DNA of 64,000 nt from Obrimoposthia wandeli (taxonomy: Eukaryota): assembly GCA_977020255.1 (NCBI GenBank), contig CDROCS010001677.1, forward strand, positions 310,001-374,000, in the 5' to 3' direction. This document shows, piece by piece, positions 51,711 through 62,296 of this stretch. The notes under the pieces are model-generated. The model was not told where the DNA came from and did no database searches. It saw only the letters and a program-made list of their open reading frames with translations. Numbering within the stretch: the stretch's first letter is position 1; every line of letters begins with the position of its first letter. The position numbers and the translations under genes are program-made.

Positions 51711-54175
51711 CGTCTAAATAATTTAGATATTACTCAAATTCACTGTGGGAAATGTCTAGGTTATACGGGAAAATGAAGTGAAACAAAATAAAGGAACAAG
51801 TTATTTCTAATTTTTTTGTAAAAGTGCACAGTACGAACAAAAAACTGCATTATTGTATTAATGATTTAGTTACTCCTTCCATAACATATTTCCTATTATC
51901 TGCGAACTGTATAAAATCACCTTTTTGAATTTTGTTACAAAGAAATCGGGCGTGGTTCTAGAATTTTTCTAAGGTAAAGTAAATAAATTTGCTAATTCCC
52001 CTCGTATTTGTTTAAGTTTCTGTCAGTTGGCACTAGACATACTCTTCAATGAAAACGTGACCCTCTGTAAGATCTACGCTGACAAGGTATCGAATTCAAG
52101 AAAAATAGAGATAAAGCAGTTTGATTATATTTTTTGTTCAATTCAACAGTGCTTAGTTTGTAACGTATGGTAGAAGAAATAGTGGCGAGAAAAGATTCTA
52201 CGTCAGGTTGTCAACAAAAACATAAACTTAACTAATTAATAAGTCTATAGTTAGAGCTACCCACTTGTGAAACAGTAAAAATACAATACATTCCTTAGCT
52301 GATAACGAGGTGCATTTCAAGAATGTACAGAAACATGCGGTAGTGTAATACGCGTTTTAAACTAAATCAGCGCTTGGATAATAAATCTACAGGAAGTGAG
52401 GTAGAGAGTCAAATACGTACACTAAATGCTGAGTTTGAAACCCTCTATATATAATAAATATAAGCTATATATTTCTTTAACATCAAATGTATCCATTAAA
52501 CTTATTTGACATGAAAATTATTTTTCTTCAGCTAAAATTATTTTTCCATCAATCAGTACACTCAGATATTAAGTTTGACATTTAAACTTTCACTGTCTTT
52601 GACTCAGTAATGCTCTAGTTTGAAGCCATCAGAATTTTTTATATTTATTGAATAAATAAAATTATTTTTCGGCTATTTATCATTTTCTACTTACAAGTAG
52701 TACATAGCATATCATCGTAAAGATTTAATATATATATACAAATCAGCAACTTCGAGTAGTTAGCTGTGTTATTTTCTAAACAGGGTCGTCTTCATGTGTC
52801 TTGTGAATTCTTCATTTTTATCCTAATTTCTCACTGCTAACACGGCCTTCAGATCAATCGTCAATTCCGATCCCAGGAGGTAACTTTAAAACTGAATATT
52901 TCCGTTTCAGTTAATGTTCTTTTACTCATTTTGAGCATTTTTTGGCAGACAATGTAATTTCTCGGAGAGGGGTCGACAAAATTAGCTCAGATTTCAGAGA
53001 TACTCTAATTGGAATCTTTGACATTACATAGACTTGGAACTTTATCGCTAAATTCTAAATTAACAAAAAACTGACTCAAAGTAAAAGGGTCCATTTTATT
53101 GTGTATAACTCACGATATTATAGTAACCTTGACTAATGACCTTATATTGATTACATAATTATACTTTTGCATCAAATTAAATTTATTTTACTTTTGAAAT
53201 TAATTAATTTGAATTTCTATCTCAACAATCTGACTTTAGTTAATATTTTTTGCTTGTATGCTTATGAAACAGAATGGACCATGTAGTTGTACATATTTGA
53301 AACCGTCCATCCTGGAATGGTCCCCTTAATCAGAGCCGGATTATGACATTGTTGGTCCCTGAGCTACAGTTAGGAATACCACTCTTAATTTCTTGGTAGT
53401 CAAGTATGATATATGGTGACAATATTCCTAAATCGATGTTTGAGTAAACAGTTTGTTTGTGAGCTTTTAGAATACAGTTTCTTATTTTGTATTTTATGTC
53501 GAATTATACATGGAATGAGGAGTTTTCAATGTAATGCTCTACTCAGTGTATATCTGCTGGGGGCCCCGGCTGCAGAGTATTACGATTGCATTGTCAACCG
53601 TCGTCACTGCTCTTCGTGCAGGGTGATAGGAGCGATATTTAGAAAGATGGGGTAGACAAGATTGATACACCCAGGAGATGGGGAGAAAATAAATATAAAT
53701 TTGCTAAACCTGCCATGAACATAAGAAACCCTTGGTGACACTTGTCTTTGGCAATTCTTTTAACGACGAATTTATCAACAAATGGGTTTTAATGGGTACA
53801 CTTTTCTGTCTTTATTTCATAACGGTGCCAATCTGTGTATGTGTAGAACAGTCGGGTTGATACACAAAATTAAACCTTGAACAATTGAATGGTGTTATTT
53901 TATGACTATTTTTGACCCCAAAATTACAAATTCGAATGTTGGGATCTATGCATTGCCGAGTTTTCCAGAGCGATTGATTGGAAATACTGAACTCGACCGT
54001 GAATCCACAACGAATTGATTAAAGTCCGCGATGTGATACAGATAAGGCGTAATATTGTAATTGGAAATTACGTAATCAATTTAAGATAACATTAACGATT
54101 AAAAATGCAGTAAAACCGTTAAAATTTATGTTAAGACGAGATTGGAAAATGTAAAATAATTTAAATATCACTAAC

Positions 54176-54336
54176 ATCTGACTCTTCTACTTTGGTCTCT
54201 GTTTTGTTGACTTGGCTTTGCCCAGAATCATTTTTGTGCTTACCCCCGTTTGGTTGGCTGTTTTTGCCAAAAACTCTCGAAAAGACCGAAAACGATTTCG
54301 ACTTAGAATCGACTTCGGGCATTTCCTTTAGGCTTT
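54176..54336 (-). CDS. Candidate 5' coding exon of the C3G-like gene
   Basis: Acceptor tatatttag, donor gttagt. SLKEMPEVDSKSKSFSVFSRVFGKNSQPNGGKHK...EESD loosely resembles the C3G N-terminus (DSQRSHLSSFTMKLMDK). Not phase-linked to the next confident exon. Confidence 0.4.
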
Positions 54337-55411
54337 CTAAATATAAAATAAACAGTAAATTGTTCAACTTAGTTATCTGGAACTAAAACTTACTTTTTCG
54401 AAATGACATTACAACATATTTATTAAAAAGCTATCGTAAAATTATTTAAAATATTTTGAGTTGAATTTTAATTGAGTTAATATAAATTGTATGAATAATA
54501 TTGGAAGAGTATTTAAAATAGCATTTCACAATATTGAAAGATTTCGGTTATTATTTGATGAAAATAACTTATTTAAACAACTGTTTCCATTTAGAGTTTA
54601 TCAAATATTATTTTAAACATGCTATATTTCAATATTAAAATTCAAAAAGAATTAAATTCTTAAATTTCAAAAATATAAATGAAAGAGAAAAATTATATTT
54701 TCTAGGAAATTGATCTGCTATTTAATCGTTTCTCATATTCATGAATATTATCAATTTTCATGTATGTGGGAACAAATTAGAACATGCTTCACAGAATAGA
54801 ATCCGTCAAATAACTTTAAGGATATGAATAAAAGTTTTAAAATCTTCTTAGATTTCTATTCTAAGTTACAATAACACAAATCTAATTTCTGAGGATGCTT
54901 AGTGCTATTTATAGGACGGAAATTTGGATCTGAATTTAGCAAGCTCATTGCCACAACAAACACATTGTGGTTGGGTCATTCATCAAGGGTTTGTTACGGT
55001 TAATTATTGCCACGGTTCAACCCAAGTTCACGATCACGTTGACCACCGCACTTGGCCTATTTTTGGAGTCTTTGGCAGCCTTGAGACATCGCTTTAATTG
55101 TCGAAAATGGCTAAAATCTAAATTATATAAATACTTTGGTGCTGGATTAACAACTTCACTAAATGAACTAAAAGGCAAAGAAAGGGCTGTCGAATCTATA
55201 TTTATAAAATCGATTTTAAATTTCAAGCTCTTATTAAAATTTATCTATTATTTAAACTTTTGTGATGAATAAATTTAACAGGATAAATAAATATTTCACT
55301 ACGAACTAATTTAAATCAGTGCGTGATTTGAGGTATGAATAACTCTTGGTTTAAATATATATCATATGATTTATAAAACAGTTAATTGATAAGTATCTCA
55401 ATAATATACCT

Positions 55412-56340
55412 AGTAAGTAGGTGGATGTGTCCGGTCTAATCCACACCCCCCTCTCCCCCTTGTCCTTTAAAACCGTGCATGTGTGTGGAGTGAAATTTCG
55501 TGTAGGTGTGTGGAGTGAAATTTCATGCATGTGTGTGGAGTTAAATTTTCTACACCCCCACCCAACACTCAAAAACTAATTAACCCCATATAACACCCTT
55601 TAAAATTGAAAATCTCATAATGCTCCCAAAAAAGTGAGGAAGGTCCTGAGAGGTCGTTTAGTGGGCCAAAGCGTGCCCTCGGGGCCCGCGGTGGTTTAAC
55701 GAGCAACATATATACAGGGGCGCGAAAAAAAAATTCCTTATAAGAATTTATATCCATACATATCTAGTTAGGGTCGCGAAAAATTGTACGCGAGAAATAT
55801 TTTCGCTATAACAATTTATATCTAGATACATATATATAGGGTCGGAAAATTTTTTAAATTATCAACTACATAAATTGGAAATGATATCAACATTTTATTA
55901 GGATGAGTTATCATGACCTTAAATGACCTTGACCTCATGATGACCTTAAATGACCTTGACCTCATGAGGTCATGACCTTAACTTGACCTTCAATGACCTC
56001 TGAAAAAAATTCTACCCTTCAAACATGTACGATCAGGAAAATATTACTATTTTAAATCCAATGATATATATGTATTCAAACATCAACAAAAATTATGAAA
56101 ATACTATAAATTATTTGAATAATACGTTCTTATTGGACGTTGAACTTAAGCAACAAAAAACTTGAGAAAATAAAACTATTTTCAAATAAAATATTTTTTT
56201 TATCCAATGGCATACTCGCATTCAATCGTAGTTAAAAAATTGATAAAAGCCTACGGATTTTTCAAATAAATTATTTGAATAACCCGCTTTCATTGGACGA
56301 TAAAATAGGGTTAGTCTGTTGTTTTTGTATATAAGGAAAC
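55412..56340. repeat. Putative Polinton left terminal (TIR) region with internal short repeats
   Basis: Non-coding. GTGTGTGGAGT(G/T)AAATTT x3 at 25-bp spacing (55481, 55506, 55531), a GC-rich patch at 55664-55697, and a 27-bp direct repeat at 55913-55966. Confidence 0.6.
55914..55999. promoter_or_regulatory. Array of 10 AGGTCA/TGACCT nuclear-receptor-type half-sites
   Basis: TGACCT at 55914, 55924, 55930, 55941, 55951, 55957, 55973, 55984 and 55994, plus AGGTCA at 55967. TGACCTTGA occurs twice. Function is inferred only. Confidence 0.5.
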
Positions 56341-56351
56341 CTCTTTTCATT
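56328..56351 (+). promoter_or_regulatory. TATA/Inr-like promoter of Polinton ORF1
   Basis: TATATAAGGAAAC...TTCATT about 40 nt upstream of the ATG at 56370. Several CCAAT/ATTGG boxes lie upstream. Near-identical to 57498-57522. Confidence 0.6.
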
Positions 56352-56369
56352 ATTTTTCATTAATCAAGA

Positions 56370-57311
56370 ATGGAAAATTACAACAATGTCGATTTGGATG
56401 AAGAGATGGAGGTACATCTATATGGGGATCTCTCTCCAGTACAGCAGCGAACGCCACCACCGGCACAGTACATTGACTTACTTAGTCAAGACTCGTCGGT
56501 GGTGAGCGAAGAATACGAAGGAGAAGCAGCAGCAAGAGCCGAACTGTTGCTAGAAGAACCGCCATTGGCCAGCTCAACTCCGAGAGAAGAACCAATGAGC
56601 GTGAGAGGTGGGATACAGAGATCCCAATATATCGACCTGACTAGTCAGGATTCGATAGAGAATTGGGAAGACTGTACTCCCAGGCAAAACATAGAAGCTG
56701 TTCGTCCAGCAACGTCGGCAGTAGCAGCAGGGAGATCCAATCTATTCGAGAATTTTGAGGCGGCAATCAAATGCCCCTGGAAATTTATCCTGCTGTCTCA
56801 GCCGAAGATAGTACTCGCACCAGACAGACGAGGAGCTATTCACCGATGACGTCCCGTCGGATGGTGAGGAGGACTTGACTCCATTCATCGACGAATGGAT
56901 ACAGCCAAGTGTCGGAGCCCCAGGAGTCAACGATTCGATGGTGGCAGAATTGGACGAGGACGAGTGGCGCCTGTTCACCGACGATTGGGATGGTGTCACT
57001 CCCTCTACAACTCCAACTCCGATAGCTGACAATATGGTGCCTGATTCGTTCAAAAGACCGCAATCTCCGATACGTCCTGTTAGGAGAATAAAGGCGACGA
57101 ATGAGGTTAGACATCATTTATTTAAAATGTTTTTTAATTTTATTTTCAGAAACTTCAACTGGATTTGGCACTGTCAGTGACCACGATTGAGAGGCTGATT
57201 GAACCGCAGTACTTGGCGAGTCAATGTAGCCAGGATGATCCCAGGAGTGATCAGCGTTACCTACCGACTCCGGCTAAATTTGAGTTTTTCTTATTATTAC
57301 TTGACATGTAG
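56370..57311 (+). pseudogene. Polinton ORF1: acidic disordered protein with two SIM-like motifs; frameshifted, one 44-nt intron
   Basis: YIDLLSQD and YIDLTSQD motifs. Frame change at about 56770-56826 into ...EELFTDDVPSDGEEDL.... Intron 57106-57149 (gttag..ttttcag) continues in frame as KLQLDLALS... to a TAG at 57309-57311. AATAAA at 57389. Confidence 0.65.
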
Positions 57312-57497
57312 ATAAACAATTCTTCTAATTGGAGAAATTCATTATTAAAATTTTACAATTATTTACAAATAAGCCTTTTGATTGGAGGAATAAAAATATT
57401 TTTTTTAACCAATAACAGATAAACAATCCTTCTCAGTGGAGGAATAAATTCAATTTTTTAATCCAATAGGAAAAGAGCATGTGTGCATAAATTTTAG

Positions 57498-57522
57498 TAT
57501 ATAAGCAAACACTTTCTTCATT
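57498..57522 (+). promoter_or_regulatory. TATA/Inr-like promoter of the spliced pPolB gene
   Basis: TATATAAGCAAAC...TTCATT upstream of the ATG at 57546, preceded by three imperfect repeats carrying ATTGG/CCAAT (57312-57470). Confidence 0.6.
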
Positions 57523-57545
57523 TAAATCCCCGACAATTTGAAATA

Positions 57546-60500
57546 ATGACTATGGTAAGAATCTATACTTATTATTTCCTTAATAATATTTATTATTTCA
57601 GATTACTTGTATCCTGTTTCCAGCATATTGTGGTGCTTCGGCTCCGCATGGAGGAGAGACCTGCATGGAGATAATGTCCGCCTACTATCGGACAAAGTCT
57701 CGCGGACTTCATTTCTTCGTCTGCCCATTCTGCAGAACAATGGAGGAGAAGGAGTTTCGAGACTTCTTCGGTGAACATCGAGCTCATCTATCGTGTTTCA
57801 CGGCCAACAACAAGAAGAGGGATATCGTGCAATTGGTGCGCGATTCGCAGGCTGCTCCAGCTCCTGCTCCAATTCCAGTTGCAGTCGATCAACCCTTTTA
57901 CGGTCCTGCCATTGGTCCTTCTGTCCCGGCTCCTGATTCTGCTGCTGCCCCATCCACTCAAATGTCTAACAATGAGTGGATGAACGATATCTCCGAAGAA
58001 GATTTTGAGGAGTTGGCACCAGCAAACCAATTCTCAAACAATGACTGGATGGAAAATATCACCTAGTCAGATTTCGAGATAGAGCAGCCTCAGTGGAGCG
58101 ATAACTCATGGTTGGAGACCATCGAGGAATCCGATTTCGTCGAGATAACGGACGACAGCTGGATGGATTCCATCAATGAAGAGGATTTCATTCCAGCTCC
58201 AGTTGGATTGCCTTCATTAGGTATTTTTTATTATTATTTTTTAAAATTATATATATTATTGTAATTATATATATTTTATTTTTATTTTTTATTCAGGAAA
58301 TACCGTGATACAATCGTCATCTGCTACAACAGATATGCCTCCTCCATCGCGAGTGCCTACATCGATGTTAGCACGCCTTAGAGGTAATAATTTTTAAAAA
58401 TATATTTATTTTTTATTATATTTATTTCAGCAGCATTAACATCTACAACAGCCGCCTCTTCATCAGCAAGGTCAGCTTCTACCATTCCTACTCCAACTTC
58501 AAATGCAGCCTCTACAACTGCCACTGTCTCATCATCTGAGGCAGCATCTATTCAAGCAGCATCGTCTACACCAGCTGCGATTGCCTCAACATCGACAGCA
58601 TCACCAATAGCAGCACCTTCCACCTCAGCTGCGTTTGTGTCAACTGTTACTATAAATAGTTGTCTTCCCGTTCAATTAGGTGGATGTTTGTCAGCGACTG
58701 TAGAAAGAAAGAGGCGAGGCCAATTTCTTAATAAGGTCCCACCAAAAAAACGTAGAGAATACGGTGCTACTATAGAGTATCACCTAAATAATAAATATGT
58801 TATAGTTAAGGTGCCATTAGGAAATGAAATTTTATTAAACGTAGGTATAGATTCAAATATTGAAAATCTTTTAAAATCAGAAGTGACTAAATTAGGACAG
58901 GCTAAGGTTCAATTTTGTGCAACAGTGCAGTTTAAAAATGTCAATGAGGAGACTAAAACTTGAGTAATTTCACATAAAGCAACTGTTTTCTATGATAATT
59001 TTGTAACTGAAATTGGAAGAAACCTAGATGAAAAAATTACTAATTATAGCGAGTTAAGTAGTGGATGGACTCTAGTTAGAATTCACAATGTTAGCTTTGT
59101 TCTAACAAAGTTCACTGACATGATATATCTTTCGGGGAGTTCATACATTCCTTCACCTAGATCTCTTCAACTTTCACGTTCCATTGTTAACATACAAAAC
59201 AGTGGTAACCTTTGCTTTCTGTATAGCGTGTTGGCCATCCTCAAAAGGGGTGTAATTACTGAACATAGAGAGCGTGTCAGTAAATATACCCCTTTTTTAA
59301 ATGAATTGCAGTATCATGGAATAGATTTTCCTGTTAAATTAACTGCGATATCAAGATTTGAACATCTTAATAGCTTGAGTATTAATGTATTCAAATATAA
59401 TACTGATATCCCAGTTAATGTAACAGATGAAGAAATATTTAAAAATCCTTTTGTAGATGTAATTTATAGGAGCAAAAATGAGGGGACACAGGTCAACTTA
59501 ATTTTGCTCTAACAGAATAATAAATTCCATTATGCTGCAATTCCCAGTTTAGATCGTCTTCTAAATTTAGATAATGGAGCCTTACCGGCGAGGATAAGGT
59601 GTAAGTGGTGTCATAGATGTTTGCATGGATTCCGATCCGAGCTCTCTTACAGCAAACATCTGACATTATGTTCACTGAATCCTGATGACAATACGCTATA
59701 TAGCATGCCCAAGGATAAGGATTTAAAATTCAGGGATTGGGCAAAATGCATACCCGTGGAATTCAGGGTGTATGGAGATTTTGAGTCAATTTTAGCATTG
59801 CACGACCAGTATGAGAGTATTCACCTACCGGCTTCGGCAGGTCTACTATTCTTAGGCCCCAATATTACACAGTATCATAAAATTTCCGGTCCAAATTGTA
59901 TTTTAGATTTTATGTTAAAATTAGAAGAATTAGGAACAACAATTGTCAAACCGTGGTATGATCTTAATGCTCATCAAGCAATGATCATGACAGGCATAGA
60001 CTGGGTTAATTTTAATTCTTGTAGATAATGTAATTTGTGTGGAACCCAGTCTAAGTTAGTCAGAGATCACGATCATGTTACGGGGCGATACTTGGGAGCG
60101 GCGTGCAACCTCTGTAACCTTGGCCGTCGTCTCCCTAAAAACCACGAATTCATAGTGTTTCATAACCTCAAAGGATATGATTTGCATCATATACTTAAAT
60201 ATGCGTTGGGTACATTAAGCTCTTGGGAAATTTCATGTATACCTCAAACTTCAGAGAAATATTTATCTTTAACTGCATATACTGAATTCTGCAGTTTAAG
60301 ATTCATAGATTCTCTGCAGTTTTTGAGCGGATCTTTAAAAAATTTAACGGCATCTTTAAATGCATGGCCAATCACGCAGTCAGTGTTCCCAGCTTCGGTT
60401 AATGATAAGGGTATTTTTCCGTATAAATTGGCGAAATCTTTTGCAGATTTAGAAAATACTACAGAGTCCCACCCATAACTGAATTTGAGGGTGTAAGTCT

Positions 60501-60944
60501 TCAAGACTATAATGAGGCCCGTACATTTTGGGTGAATATTTGTCGAAATCTTCTCGAATATATGCTTTATTATATGAAATTAGACATTTATCTTTTAGCT
60601 GATGTTTTTGAGTCCTTTCGTGTAAAGTCTTTAGCAGAAGATGGGCTAGATGGGCTACCTGGTCTTTCATGGGCAACAGCAATAAAAACTCTTAAAATTA
60701 ATATCGAGTTACTGCAAGATCCTGCGATGTATCAAATGTATGATTATGGTATACGCGGTGGAATGACAACAAACATCATGTTTTCAAAAATCAATCCACG
60801 GAGATTCTGTACATCGATATTAATCATTTGAATGGGTGGGCGCTTACTCAACCTCTACCTCATGCCAACTTTAAGTGGGTTTATGATGAGGGAGAGTTGA
60901 ATAAGTTGATGACAGATTTGGCTACTGTAGATACAGTTTCATAA
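57546..60944 (+). pseudogene. Spliced protein-primed DNA polymerase B (pPolB) with N-terminal extension; disrupted and truncated after polymerase motif A
   Basis: Exons 57546-57554, 57602-58220, 58297-58383 and 58431 onward. Motifs: SSGWTL, GSSYIP..IVNIQN..CFLYSVLA, C..CL..F..H..C, ExoI VYGDFES, EndoVII RDHDHVTG..AACNLCN, ExoII FHNLKGYD, KGIFPY, ExoIII DIYLLADVFESFR, GIRGG, motif A LYIDINHL.GWAL.QPLP. In-frame stops at 58064, 58961, 59510, 60026 and 60476; frameshifts near 60500 and 60800. Confidence 0.92.
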
Positions 60945-60949
60945 GCCAA

Positions 60950-61916
60950 ATGTATAAGCCAAAGCATAAGCGTTACCTTCGAAATCTGTTTTATATGTTT
61001 CGCGATAATCAGTATTTTTTGAAAGTGTCACTGAACCTACATTAAGATTGTCAACTTAAGTTGCATCTGTCGTATAATTTCCTAGAATCTTTGCAATTTT
61101 TTGAAAAGAAATTAAAATGAATTTCGGTAATCTTACATCACCAAATATTTGATCCTTATTAAAAGCTTGTGTACCCGTACCTAAAGAGTATGTTATAAGT
61201 TTAGTTTCTCAAATAGGATAACAAGTATTGTTTTTTTCCATTCCTATATTATGTGCCATTAAAACTGATTGCTCGGTTTTAACTCTTCGGACATACAATT
61301 TTGCATCCAAAATATCAAGTCTAGGTTTTAGAACGTCTGTGCTTATCAAAGAAAAATTCCATTTATTACGTTTCAAACGAAGATGTACATTAACACCGGG
61401 AATTAAATATTTCGGTTGTTCAAAGAAATTCAATCTCAAAGACCCACACATTTCGTAAGCTTTAGAACCTGCAATCCATTCTTTGCGAGTTGCAACAGTT
61501 TTATCATAACCAATGGTTGCCAAATTAGTATTTTGAGTATCAGTACTATAATTCAAAAGACTTTCAATCAAAGCTTTATGAGCATAGGAATAATTTCCAC
61601 CTTCAATTTTGACATTATTAAGAGTAACAATGGCATCACTAAATAAAGAATTAAAGAGATAATTTACAGGTGTTACATCTGCATTTTCATCTAAATTAGT
61701 ACCATCCCGATTTAATACTTTTATTTGAACATAAAGCAAAGTATCATTCAAATCTAAATACTCGCTATTGGAACCATTAATATTAAATTCTAAATCGGTT
61801 AAAGTGGTTCCTGAAACTGAGTTAACTAGAAATATTTCTTCAAAGGAAGCATTATCTACAATTACTTGTGGAAGCGGTTTATCAAAAATTCACAATTCAG
61901 TTTTGGCGCAACTCAT
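60950..61916 (-). pseudogene. Polinton major capsid protein (double jelly-roll, PY), C-terminally truncated
   Basis: MSCAKTEL*IFDKPLPQVIVD..LEFNINGSNSEYLDLNDTLLYVQIKV..PVNYLFNSLFSD..YAHKALIESLLNYS..LRLNFFEQPKYLIPGVNVHLRLKR. It continues with frameshifts to YKTDFEGNAYALAY. Confidence 0.9.
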
Positions 61917-62296
61917 TTTGCAAATATTGTTCCTTCAACTTTCTTACGTTTGTTTATATTGATTTTTTGCTTCTTTTTATTTTTAAATCCACTACCTCCT
62001 TGGCTTTTATTTGATCTACGTTTTCTAATCAAATTAGCAACTTCAGGTAAAACATTATCAAGTTTATCAAGCGCATGCTTCTTAAAAGTTGGTATTAGTT
62101 TATTGTCCTTAGATGAAAGGTAGTCCTTTCCTAATTTTGATATAAATCGCCAGAGTCTCTTTAAAAGAGGAAAGGCAAATCTACTAATGTTCTAAGCCAG
62201 CCAGATCCGTATTTTTTACCAACAAAATATGATAATTCTTCTACTTGTTGAATGACTTTGACATATAAAAACTTCAATTATTGCTGGATTCGCCAT
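61913..62296 (-). pseudogene. Polinton basic core (pVII-like/PZ) protein, disrupted
   Basis: ISRFAFPLLKRLWRFISKLGKDYL...KSQGGSGFKNKKKQKININKRKKVEGTIFAK*. Lys/Arg-rich, with a QxGxG putative protease site, and located between penton and MCP. Confidence 0.7.

Noticed and set aside
56742-58030. Minus-strand ORFs in the Polinton left arm
   Set aside because: Antisense to the plus-strand genes, which have promoters, introns and recognisable motifs.
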